Shown: positions 15,726-23,434 of the stretch, one piece after another
How positions within the stretch are numbered: position 1 is the first letter of the stretch
How the letters are laid out: each line of letters begins with the position of its first letter
Virus record (IMG/VR): IMGVR_UViG_3300049016_000012
Span: 1-25,033 of that record
Direction: 5' to 3' (one strand)
Length of the DNA: 25,033 nt
Source of the DNA: a virus
Lineage: Duplodnaviria; Caudoviricetes
Position numbers and translations under genes: made by a program
Notes under the pieces: generated by a model
The model's database searches: none
Seen by the model: only the letters and a program-made list of their open reading frames with translations
What the model was told of the DNA's origin: nothing

Positions 15726-15986
15726 TCATGGCTTCAGCTGCTGCGCAATGAGTTCCGCGAATCCTGATATGCCGTGCCACGACTCGTAGTGGTTTGGATC
15801 GCCTCCGAGTATTCGCCCGATGCGGTTGGCGATCATGTCGAGCGACTCGCGTTGCTCCGAGGTCAGGTCTTTCCAGCGCAGCCCGTGATGCATCACGTTC
15901 TTGATCTCTTGGCTGATTGTTGCCGCGTAGACATAATCGCCGTACAGACGCTGCTTTGACGTCAATGTCTGATCGATATCGCTCAT
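15726..15986 (-). CDS. DUF6378-like protein
   Basis: L..K...YGD......Q..K......W..L...QRE.LDMI...IGRIL.GDP....SW..ISGFA.L pattern. ATG overlaps the stop of the TGT-like gene. Confidence 0.7.
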   Translation of the reverse strand: MSDIDQTLTSKQRLYGDYVYAATISQEIKNVMHHGLRWKDLTSEQRESLDMIANRIGRILGGDPNHYESWHGISGFAELIAQQLKP

Positions 15987-16726
15987 CCAATTAGCTCCAT
16001 GTTTTGTTGAACGCCGCTCGACTGCCAGCACCAGCGATGCGCGCTCGCGTGGGACTCGATGCGGTCCATCATGATCAGAGCTCGTGAGGCGCGGGACTTC
16101 GGCGCATACGGTCCGTTCCACTTGGCGTCGATCCCGACGTTGCGCGCCACGTTGCAGCTGTCAGCGCTCGACAATGGCAGGTGGCTGAATATCACTGGAT
16201 CAAGCATGCGAAGACCGTGCAGCTTGCAGCGAGGCATCCCTTCGTGGTCGCAAATCACTTCCATCATGGCACTCATGCGCCCCCACCAGTCCGCTGAGCC
16301 TGGATCTGCGTAGGCGCCACTTGAGCCCAGCGCCACGCGTGGGTAGTCCGATACCAGCCGCTCTAGGCGCTCCAGTGACTCGTGCATGTGGTAGACCGGG
16401 ACTGAGGCCGCGTCACACATCTCCCAGTCATAGAGCAGCGCGTCGTTGTCGTCCTCGCTGCCACCAATCACGTCAGGGATCACGCACCAATCGACGCACG
16501 GGTGCTTGACCCACTTCTGCGCCCACAGCTGGTAGCCATCGAAGTCATGCACACGACCATCGCGCCAGGCGCTGAATGCGCCGTTGTCCAACACCACTGA
16601 GGCGCAGATCTCGGCGGCATCTTCGATCTGCCGGTGATCCTCGTAGCTGACCATGCAGTGACGGCCGGCCATGGCGCGAAGCATGTCCGCGGCAGGAGTC
16701 ATCGGCAGCCCGTGGTAGCAAATCAA
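15983..16726 (-). CDS. TGT/DpdA-like (queuine tRNA-ribosyltransferase fold) protein
   Basis: YHGLP, LDNGAFSAW, PDVIGG, VPVYH, ALGSS, HGLRML and SADSCN motifs match the TIM-barrel transglycosylase layout. TTG start overlaps the upstream TGA, SD GGGAG. Confidence 0.7.
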   Translation of the reverse strand: MICYHGLPMTPAADMLRAMAGRHCMVSYEDHRQIEDAAEICASVVLDNGAFSAWRDGRVHDFDGYQLWAQKWVKHPCVDWCVIPDVIGGSEDDNDALLYDWEMCDAASVPVYHMHESLERLERLVSDYPRVALGSSGAYADPGSADWWGRMSAMMEVICDHEGMPRCKLHGLRMLDPVIFSHLPLSSADSCNVARNVGIDAKWNGPYAPKSRASRALIMMDRIESHASAHRWCWQSSGVQQNMELIG

Positions 16727-16920
16727 GGCCGCTCTCCCATCCACTCATGGTTCGGGTCAGTCTTCGCAGCATGCCCATCCCAGCACGCGTGATACTTCGC
16801 GCAGAAGTGATTGATGTCGCTCAAGGCTTTGTCTCTCTCGCTGCGTTTGAAGGAAAACAGCCCATTGCGCGAGCGGTGGTAGATCCAGCCCAGTAGGCGC
16901 TTTGCTTCGTCGTTGCTCAT
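16723..16920 (-). CDS. Hypothetical protein
   Basis: ATGA overlap, SD GGAGG. Confidence 0.6.
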   Translation of the reverse strand: MSNDEAKRLLGWIYHRSRNGLFSFKRSERDKALSDINHFCAKYHACWDGHAAKTDPNHEWMGERP

Positions 16921-17102
16921 CCGCCCGCCTCCTCAACATGGGTGATTTCGCCGACGTCATCGATGTTCAGATCGCTAGCGCATTGATGGCACAGAGACAC
17001 ATGCACGCGCTTGCAGGCCTGCTCACGAGCCTGCTCCTCTGAGTCGGCATGCACCTCGATTGTTGTCGAGGCGAAGACCTCGAATGTAACGAAGTATTTC
17101 AT
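16917..17102 (-). CDS. Hypothetical protein (CxxC)
   Basis: ATGA overlap. Y.VT......TTIEV.A.SEE.A.E.A pattern with LCHQC. Confidence 0.65.
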   Translation of the reverse strand: MKYFVTFEVFASTTIEVHADSEEQAREQACKRVHVSLCHQCASDLNIDDVGEITHVEEAGG

Positions 17103-17272
17103 CCGCACGCCGCCTCCCTCTCATTCTCCCGTTCATTGCAAGACGAGCATTCCCAATCGTCGCCTTCTTCCATCTCGTGCGTATTGCTGCACCCGGCCTT
17201 GCGGCATCGTGCGCACTCGACTTGAAAGCACATCACGAAACTACCGCGACAGAATGGACAGCCTTTACTCAT
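17099..17272 (-). CDS. 57-aa Cys-rich protein with CPFC start (not in the ORF track)
   Basis: MSKGCPFCRGSFVMCFQVECARCRKAGCSNTHEMEEGDDWECSSCNERENEREAACG. ATGA overlaps at both ends. Confidence 0.65.
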   Translation of the reverse strand: MSKGCPFCRGSFVMCFQVECARCRKAGCSNTHEMEEGDDWECSSCNERENEREAACG

Positions 17273-17517
17273 GTCTTCTGCTCATCCGTCAGAGGGCGGG
17301 CGAGGGGAGGAAGGTACTCAACCATCCACGTCGGATGCAGGCTCTCTATCCTCTTTGATCCGTCGAAGCGGACGCGAAGGCGCGCGTTGCGCGTTCCAAC
17401 TATCACACCTTCTATGCCTTCGCCGGGATATTCGCTCCCATCGTTGCCAGTGAATCGGATACGGCCACCGCGCTTGGCTGGAACGCCATACGTGTCGCGA
17501 ATGTACTGAATGCTCAT
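17269..17517 (-). CDS. Conserved hypothetical phage protein
   Basis: YIRDTYGVPAKRGGRI...G.I......LRVRFDG......HPTW.VEYL family motif. SD GAGG. Confidence 0.75.
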   Translation of the reverse strand: MSIQYIRDTYGVPAKRGGRIRFTGNDGSEYPGEGIEGVIVGTRNARLRVRFDGSKRIESLHPTWMVEYLPPLARPLTDEQKT

Positions 17518-17539
17518 ACCTCACCCGCCCCGCTCGCTG

Positions 17540-17731
17540 TCAGAAAACAGTTTGATGCTTCCGTAAGCCAGTGCCGTTACAGCACTCGCACGGAATCCAG
17601 TCCTTGTCGAAGCCGTGCCAAAGAGGGTCATCGTTCTCCTGGATGCCTTCGCCGCCGCACCAGGAGCAGGCCGCGTCGTCGTCATCGTAGTAGTCCTCGC
17701 CGAAATCATCCGCGCTCGTCCGCTCACTCAT
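17540..17731 (-). CDS. Small acidic protein with DnaJ-type CxxCxGxG zinc-finger repeats
   Basis: CSWCGGEG and CECCNGTG motifs. SD GAGG. Confidence 0.65.
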   Translation of the reverse strand: MSERTSADDFGEDYYDDDDAACSWCGGEGIQENDDPLWHGFDKDWIPCECCNGTGLRKHQTVF

Positions 17732-17915
17732 CGCAGTCGTCCTCGTGCATGAACTGGGCAAGCTCCTCGAAAACATAATCTAGCCGCCTGCCGACTGGAT
17801 GCGCTGGATCTTCGCCGCCGTCGACGTTGCGCAAGTCGCTCAAGTGACCCTCGGCATCAAGCAGCGATTCCCATACACGCTTCGCCATTGCCTGCAATTG
17901 TGTGCGCTCAGCCAT
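17724..17915 (-). CDS. Hypothetical protein
   Basis: SD AAGGAG. Acidic and helical. Confidence 0.6.
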   Translation of the reverse strand: MAERTQLQAMAKRVWESLLDAEGHLSDLRNVDGGEDPAHPVGRRLDYVFEELAQFMHEDDCDE

Positions 17916-18186
17916 GCTCATCTCCTTTCACCGCCTCGGCGATCAGCGGGGCGAGGTGGGCGGGCGGCTCGATAGGCTCTGAATTTCCGAAATGCTGGTA
18001 AAGATTTTCTCCGCATGAGCCCACCCCGTTATCTAGTAGCCACCGCACCGCCTCCAGCAGCAGAGAATCTCGCTCATCCAGCTCCGCCACGCGTTCGCGG
18101 AGGCGGGCGAGTTCGGGCTCAACTTCACTGGCCATGTAAATTTCAGTCGGCTTCGTGAAATGAAGGATCGTGTACTTCTGCATCAT
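17908..18186 (-). CDS. Hypothetical protein (coiled coil)
   Basis: ATGA overlap. ELARLRERVAEL heptads. Confidence 0.6.
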   Translation of the reverse strand: MMQKYTILHFTKPTEIYMASEVEPELARLRERVAELDERDSLLLEAVRWLLDNGVGSCGENLYQHFGNSEPIEPPAHLAPLIAEAVKGDEHG

Positions 18187-18539
18187 TTTTTTCCTATCGC
18201 TGAGCGAGCCTTTGAAACCGCGTCGCATGCCATCTTGTAGCTGGCGCCGCCATCCACGTATTCCTCTTTATGTGGCCGCCCAAAGACAATAAGCATGTCG
18301 TCGATAGCCTCCCTCAGCCCCGCGTTCTCGGAGTAAAGCAGGTCACGCGCATTGCGCGACTGCTGGAGTTCGCTTTTCAGCTCCGCGTTCTCGACGGAGA
18401 GGCGAAAAATCTCGGAGTCCTTCTCGGTCAAATCTGCGCACAGCCTCTCGAATCTGACTGCGCGCGATTTCATCTCATCTTGCAGCTGCTCGATGCGGGC
18501 GCGGAGTTCAGCGACTTCATTTGCCCAAAAGTGACTCAC
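18183..18539 (-). CDS. Hypothetical coiled-coil protein
   Basis: GTGA overlap, SD GGAGG, long heptad repeat. Confidence 0.65.
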   Translation of the reverse strand: MSHFWANEVAELRARIEQLQDEMKSRAVRFERLCADLTEKDSEIFRLSVENAELKSELQQSRNARDLLYSENAGLREAIDDMLIVFGRPHKEEYVDGGASYKMACDAVSKARSAIGKK

Positions 18540-18757
18540 TTTCCACCCTCCAGATACCCGAATGCCTTGTAGCGCACGCGCCCTTTGATGAGACCGTCAC
18601 GTCGCCTGAACTCACATTTCCAGTCACCGGATGCATCACGGCAAAGTCCGTGGACCACTGAATTGGTGACGTTGACCACTTCATACCGCAGTGTCGGTAG
18701 ATATGGCCGATCTACACACACGAAATCGCCCACCTTCGCGGCGGTCAGCTCAGCCAT
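18536..18757 (-). CDS. Hypothetical protein (SH3/KOW-like)
   Basis: TAATG overlap. KVGDFV.V......YEVV.VT pattern. Confidence 0.6.
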   Translation of the reverse strand: MAELTAAKVGDFVCVDRPYLPTLRYEVVNVTNSVVHGLCRDASGDWKCEFRRRDGLIKGRVRYKAFGYLEGGK

Positions 18758-19578
18758 TACCGCTCTCCTGCCTCCTGCTCCCCCTGCGGCTGGGCGCGAC
18801 GCTGCTGCTCCTCGGCTGCAATGCGCGCGTTGTCGTCAATGTGTCCTTGGCATAGCGTGCTGCCCGGAGCGGGATCGCCGTCACAATCCTCGTACTCGCA
18901 GAACTTGATCGCCCATGGGCTACCTGGATCAGTCTTCGCCTGCGGCTGGGCGAGGGCGGCGCGATGTCTTTGCAAGCATCCGGTCAAGTCGTGCTTTTCT
19001 TGGAAGTACTCCGAGGCATAACCGGCCCATTGCTCGATATCCTCGAGCGCCTCTGTGAGTTGCGTTCGTAGCCTCCGCACCGCCTCCCGCGCCTCGTCGC
19101 GCTCCTCGCATGCCTCGCGCAACATTGTCCGGAACTCACCGGTCGTCGCGATCTGCGCATTCAACTGATCCTCGGCAACTCGATGCATCATCTTGTACCG
19201 CTCCGCATACCCCATCTGCACCTGCCACGCATTCACGGTCTTGACGTGGTCTTGGGCGAGGGAGTCGTAGATTCGAAGCAACTTCTTCAGCTTCGAGTGC
19301 GGATATGAGACGAGGGGATCGTTGCGGATCTCCTGGATAAGCGCGTAATCCTCGCCTACAAGTTCCACCTCCACCGGCCTGCGCAGCTGCTCAAGCTCTT
19401 TCGTCAGCCTCGCAATCTCCACCGCCGAGTCGGAGACGGCTTGCTCGAGGTCGGCGAGGGAGGTGGTGCGCTCGGATATGGACAATAGCAACTCGTGCCA
19501 ATCGCGATCGATGGCCTCGGCGTAACTCTTGGCGCCGATCTCGGCGAGCCTTTCGTCACTGATAGCAAAATCGTTCAT
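18757..19578 (-). CDS. Mosaic coiled-coil early protein (Ead/Ea22-like) with C-terminal C3H zinc finger
   Basis: ISDERLAEI start, several coiled coils, a WAGYASEYFQEKHDL segment and CEYEDC...LCQGH. Confidence 0.65.
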   Translation of the reverse strand: MNDFAISDERLAEIGAKSYAEAIDRDWHELLLSISERTTSLADLEQAVSDSAVEIARLTKELEQLRRPVEVELVGEDYALIQEIRNDPLVSYPHSKLKKLLRIYDSLAQDHVKTVNAWQVQMGYAERYKMMHRVAEDQLNAQIATTGEFRTMLREACEERDEAREAVRRLRTQLTEALEDIEQWAGYASEYFQEKHDLTGCLQRHRAALAQPQAKTDPGSPWAIKFCEYEDCDGDPAPGSTLCQGHIDDNARIAAEEQQRRAQPQGEQEAGER

Positions 19579-19739
19579 GGCTTCTCCTCTACAATCTTCT
19601 TCATCTCAAAGAACCCATGCCCCTCTGGAAACAGCTCGTCGATCGCATTCACGACCGCCTGACTGCTGGCCACGAACAGCGCCCAGTCTCGCTCTACGAG
19701 CTCGCGGCGGTGGACGGCGCGTTGTTCAGAGTCACTCAT
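19575..19739 (-). CDS. Hypothetical protein
   Basis: ATGA overlaps at both ends. Confidence 0.55.
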   Translation of the reverse strand: MSDSEQRAVHRRELVERDWALFVASSQAVVNAIDELFPEGHGFFEMKKIVEEKP

Positions 19740-19930
19740 CCCTTCGCCCTCTCCGCCGCCCGGCGATAGCGAGACTCCTGCTGAATCTCGCGGGACATGC
19801 GGTCGATGTAGTAGTGCAGGCACATCTCGGCGGCCTGCTCGGCGTCGTCTTCGGTGGAGAAACGAAGATCCTCATAGCCTTCGACGACGAATTTTCCGTC
19901 GTAGTCGCGGCGGACTGGCATGGCGCTCAT
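19736..19930 (-). CDS. Hypothetical protein
   Basis: ATGA overlaps. Begins MSAMPVRRDYDGKFVVEG. Confidence 0.6.
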   Translation of the reverse strand: MSAMPVRRDYDGKFVVEGYEDLRFSTEDDAEQAAEMCLHYYIDRMSREIQQESRYRRAAERAKG

Positions 19931-20142
19931 GACGGCATCACCGCGGCGACGGCTTGGCTCAGGCACTGCCGGTACTTTCGGCCGTACTCCCGGATGATGA
20001 AAGGGCTCTTTGCTACCACCAGGCGCGAAGCGAGGCGATAGATGTCCATCTGCAGCGATGGCGGAACGTGGCGCGCGTGCTGGGCGCAGAGCCGGTTGTG
20101 CCAGCGGATTTGGGCGGCGCATTGGGGGATGGGGCAGGTCAT
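19927..20142 (-). CDS. C3H zinc-finger protein
   Basis: CPIPQC...LCAQH..HVP..LQ..IY pattern. SD GGAG and ATGA overlap. Confidence 0.65.
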   Translation of the reverse strand: MTCPIPQCAAQIRWHNRLCAQHARHVPPSLQMDIYRLASRLVVAKSPFIIREYGRKYRQCLSQAVAAVMPS

Positions 20143-20642
20143 GACGTTATCTCCAGTCGCTCGCCGTTGTTTAGGTGGCATCCTGGTACCTCTTCACCTG
20201 CCTTTATGGCTGCAGCAATCAACTTCTTGTCGATGACCTTGGGCGGCGTATCGGGCTGGCGCCAGAACTTCTCCGGGATGCTCGCCTCGTGGTCTATGAT
20301 GACTGTTGGCGGGTTCTTCTTCAGTTGCAGCGTGAAGTACGGGCACTCCACTTTTGAAATCCCGCATGCCTGCATGTTGATCTGCAAGTACGCATGGAGA
20401 GACTCCGCGCGTTTCCTGAGCACCGCCGCTCGAGCCTTCATCCTGTTCGCGGCAAACTCGATTCCCTCTGCAGTCAAGTCCAAGTTGCCTATGAACTTGG
20501 CGACGTTTATGCACTTGTCCTGCAGGTCCCCCTGAAGCGCTTCTAGGGTGTCTCGGATCAGTTCGGCCGGAAGATCCTCGGATGACTCTAGGTCTTCCAG
20601 CGCCTTGTACTGCGCTGTCATTTCGTACAGACGAACGCTCAT
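20139..20642 (-). CDS. Siphovirus Gp157 family protein
   Basis: LYEMT.QY..L...DTLEAL.G....K..N...E..R.K.R...LKKNPP.V.I.....IP..F......IDKK.I..AIK.GEEVPG motif. Confidence 0.9.
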   Translation of the reverse strand: MSVRLYEMTAQYKALEDLESSEDLPAELIRDTLEALQGDLQDKCINVAKFIGNLDLTAEGIEFAANRMKARAAVLRKRAESLHAYLQINMQACGISKVECPYFTLQLKKNPPTVIIDHEASIPEKFWRQPDTPPKVIDKKLIAAAIKAGEEVPGCHLNNGERLEITS

Positions 20643-21451
20643 GACTGCGGAGCCTCCTGCTGTGCCTCAGCCTTGGCCCTCGCGGCAGCCTCTCTGATCA
20701 GCTCCAGCTGCGCGTCATAGGCCAGCGTAAACACTCCGATGCGCTCAGTGTCCCCTTTCTCCTTGGCTTCCCTCATCGCCCCCTTGATTGCTTCGCGCAG
20801 ATCCTTCTCGGTGGAGGACTCCTTGATCTGCTGCAGCCACTCATCAACGATGGACTGCAGCAGACCAGGCCTGTCGAAACTTTGGATCGCCTGTTCCTTG
20901 CTCACCGGAATCTCAGGGTCAAGGTCCAGGATCTCTTCTGGTGTGTATACACCGGCGATGACGCTTGGAAAGACCGTGCGGATTGCTTCGCTGATCAGGC
21001 GAGCTCTGAGCATGGCGCGCGGGTAGGACTTCCAGACGTTGCGCCCGGCCAGCCCCGCAGCCTGAGCGCGCTCGATTGTCCAATCGATCGTGATGGTTCC
21101 GCCTGAAGCGTGCGAGAACTTCGCCTCTGCCTTCTTGTCGGTGAGCGTGAGCCATTCGACGCGACCACCGGCCTGCTGGAATCGAGCCAGCATCGTGTCG
21201 GCCTTCAGCGCCGGGCGGCCTTCAATGATGTGGAAGTCGCGCACCGCAGTCATCGGATGGATTCCCTCGGCCTGCGCTAGCGCCATGAGCGTAAGCGCTT
21301 GATCCGGCGTCTTCATGCCGAACATCCCGGACTTTGCCACGGTATTCGCCATGCGCTCCATCTGCTGGAAGCTCACCTCGGCGGCTGCCGGCAATCGATT
21401 ATCTGGTACGGCCATGGTCTCTATTTCCTCTGTGATGTGTTTACAGTTCAT
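20639..21451 (-). CDS. recT: RecT/Redbeta-family single-strand annealing protein (alternative start ATG 21415)
   Basis: GIHPM.A....HIIEGRP.L....M, WTIERA..AGL.....WK.YP.AML.AR..SEAIR..FP....GVY.PEE motifs. Confidence 0.85.
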   Translation of the reverse strand: MNCKHITEEIETMAVPDNRLPAAAEVSFQQMERMANTVAKSGMFGMKTPDQALTLMALAQAEGIHPMTAVRDFHIIEGRPALKADTMLARFQQAGGRVEWLTLTDKKAEAKFSHASGGTITIDWTIERAQAAGLAGRNVWKSYPRAMLRARLISEAIRTVFPSVIAGVYTPEEILDLDPEIPVSKEQAIQSFDRPGLLQSIVDEWLQQIKESSTEKDLREAIKGAMREAKEKGDTERIGVFTLAYDAQLELIREAAARAKAEAQQEAPQS

Positions 21452-21681
21452 GCGGCCGGCTTCGGCGGCTCCGGCTGCCGCGGCCTAAACTCGACAACAT
21501 TCCCGCGGCTGAATTTCTCGTCGATCATGTCGGCCAGGTTGAGCAGCAGCAGGCCGACAAGACAGCTATGAGCCTTGCACGAGCGCAGTGGCTTGCTCGC
21601 CAGCTCCTGGCCAACCGCCCGCAATGATGCGGCGTGCTCGGATTTGAAGGGGTAGCAGATCGATTTCAGTTCGTTGCTCAT
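21448..21681 (-). CDS. Hypothetical protein
   Basis: ATGA overlaps. C-terminal GNVVEFRP motif. Confidence 0.6.
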   Translation of the reverse strand: MSNELKSICYPFKSEHAASLRAVGQELASKPLRSCKAHSCLVGLLLLNLADMIDEKFSRGNVVEFRPRQPEPPKPAA

Positions 21682-21803
21682 TTTCGCCCTCTGCATGCTT
21701 TTACGACTGCAGCAACTGCTTCGCCAATCTTCTCGATGAGCCATATCACACCGATGAAGACAAGCAGGCCATTGCTGGTTGCATACTCGAAGAACTCACT
21801 CAT
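21678..21803 (-). CDS. 41-aa single-TM peptide (not in the ORF track)
   Basis: MSEFFEYATSNGLLVFIGVIWLIEKIGEAVAAVVKACRGRK. SD GGAGG, stop overlaps the next ATG. Could start at 21809. Confidence 0.6.
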   Translation of the reverse strand: MSEFFEYATSNGLLVFIGVIWLIEKIGEAVAAVVKACRGRK

Positions 21804-21996
21804 AACCATGCGCCTCCAAACAGCGCTGCAGGCGGATGATGGATGCGGCGAGGCGGAGGCTGCTCTTGCGGCTGGCGATCAGCGCTCGCTCAAGTGAGTC
21901 ATGCGCCATGTTCATGCACTGGGCGGCACGGTTTAGCGACTGCCGGAAGCGCAGCGTTCGCTCGTTCAGGGCGTGTTCGAATTGGAGGGGAGTCAT
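21796..21996 (-). CDS. Hypothetical basic helical protein
   Basis: SD AGGAG, ATGA overlap. Confidence 0.6.
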   Translation of the reverse strand: MTPLQFEHALNERTLRFRQSLNRAAQCMNMAHDSLERALIASRKSSLRLAASIIRLQRCLEAHGYE

Positions 21997-22370
21997 TGCG
22001 GTGCTCCTGGCAGCGGCATCCAATGAGTAAAGAAGTCATAGACGTAATAGGTGTCTCCGTCGATGTCACAGAAGGCATATCCGTCTGAACATCGCTTGCG
22101 GGCTATCCTGTAGCGTCGAGTCTTTGAGTACTTCTGGTCCACGAGTCCAAGGAAATAAGGGCCAGGTTCACGACTGCCGACATCCCAGCCGGGTTCTCCA
22201 TCTGGAGCCGTTTCAATCGGCTGCCACTGCATGCGCAACTCCGGGATCTTGCGGAGCAGGGCTGCGGCGGAGATGAAAGTGCCGTAGTACTGCGACCAGA
22301 TGGCGAGACTACCCAGGTGACGTATTTCTTTAGCCACCCGCTCCGCGTCTTCGAGGTTCACGTCAGTCAT
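21993..22370 (-). CDS. DUF551-like protein
   Basis: WQPIETAP...THWMPLP.AP signature. Confidence 0.75.
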   Translation of the reverse strand: MTDVNLEDAERVAKEIRHLGSLAIWSQYYGTFISAAALLRKIPELRMQWQPIETAPDGEPGWDVGSREPGPYFLGLVDQKYSKTRRYRIARKRCSDGYAFCDIDGDTYYVYDFFTHWMPLPGAPQ

Positions 22371-22612
22371 CGAGCAGTCTCCAGTGCAATCTTCTTGGTC
22401 AGCTTGTTGTACAAGCACTCTGACTTGCCACCCGGGGCGATGAACCAAGCGTGGCTTGCTTCAGCCTCTTGCATCCCGACGCATGGCATAAGTCGGTGGC
22501 CGTTCCAATACTCATAGACTCCCTTTCTGCTTTCGAAGATCTCAGGCGACTCCGGGTCGTTCCAGATGCCGCCAATGTGAGTCCAGTAGACGTTGCGCCA
22601 AGTCGCACTCAT
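22367..22612 (-). CDS. Hypothetical protein
   Basis: ATGA overlaps, SD GAGG. Confidence 0.6.
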   Translation of the reverse strand: MSATWRNVYWTHIGGIWNDPESPEIFESRKGVYEYWNGHRLMPCVGMQEAEASHAWFIAPGGKSECLYNKLTKKIALETAR

Positions 22613-22830
22613 GACAGCTGCCTTTGGTCATCCGCGACCGGCCCGTTCACGAGATAGTAATCCGTCATCGACTCCATGCGGGTCGACAGCTCCAACACCA
22701 GCGCGATGAGCCACACGTGAGTCAGCGGCAGCGCCATCACTTTCGTGCGTGCCATGCCGGCTAGGTCCTTGTTGCCGACCAGGCGCAGCTGGGCAGGGTT
22801 GTCGGCGGAGGGTGTGAGCAGGGTATTCAC
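22609..22830 (-). CDS. Hypothetical protein
   Basis: GTGA overlap, SD AAGGA. Confidence 0.55.
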   Translation of the reverse strand: MNTLLTPSADNPAQLRLVGNKDLAGMARTKVMALPLTHVWLIALVLELSTRMESMTDYYLVNGPVADDQRQLS

Positions 22831-23156
22831 TTCGCTTCGTCCTTGTGTTCGTGGCGGGCGAGGAGATTTGCTGCCTTCTCCAACAGGAGAGCAGATGGAC
22901 CGCCCTTGATGTTGTCGACGATCAGGCGCAGCAGGTCGTACATCTCCGGCGCGTCGGCGATCAGTGCGGCGTTGGCGTCGCATTCATCCTCCAGTCTAGA
23001 TTCTGACGCGGAGGCTTCCTCTTCCGAATTGAAGTCGCCATCGAGCCAAGGAAAGTCTTCTGGCTGCATGACGGAGGCGATGACGCACGTCCCGTTCTCG
23101 CCGAATACCTCTTCGTCAATCAGATTCCAAGGCCCCGGCGTAAATCTCGTGCTCAT
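22827..23156 (-). CDS. Conserved phage protein (TPGPW...ANA.LIA.APE family)
   Basis: FTPGPW start and ANAALIADAPEMYDLL motif. SD GGAGG. Confidence 0.75.
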   Translation of the reverse strand: MSTRFTPGPWNLIDEEVFGENGTCVIASVMQPEDFPWLDGDFNSEEEASASESRLEDECDANAALIADAPEMYDLLRLIVDNIKGGPSALLLEKAANLLARHEHKDEAK

Positions 23157-23434
23157 CGCATCACCTCCACATCGCAAACCTCACAAATCAACCCCAGCCG
23201 GCACTCCTCGCAGATGCCGCGCTCTTCGCTCACCGCCTCGATCACCATGTCGCGGGCGTCCTCTTTGGTCGCGCCCCATCGCGTGCACAGCTCGTTGTCG
23301 TCCGGTTGCGCAATCCAGTCGCCGGGGCCGAGGTAGGTGTAGATGATCTCGAGGCGGCTGCCGTCGTGGAGAGTTACGAGCTCGTCGCGGTCGTCTACGA
23401 CATCCCTGGTGGCGACTTTGGCGAGGGCGTTCAT
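23153..23434 (-). CDS. Hypothetical acidic protein with C-terminal Cys cluster
   Basis: WGATKEDA and CEEC...CEVC motifs. ATGA overlaps. Confidence 0.6.
   Translation of the reverse strand: MNALAKVATRDVVDDRDELVTLHDGSRLEIIYTYLGPGDWIAQPDDNELCTRWGATKEDARDMVIEAVSEERGICEECRLGLICEVCDVEVMR

Noticed and set aside
20943-20952. Palindrome GTGTATACAC
   Set aside because: Single copy inside the conserved GVYTPEE coding motif.
21430-21446. LexA-box-like CTGT...ACAG upstream of the RecT start
   Set aside because: Spacer is 9 bp rather than the required 8, and there is no clear promoter.
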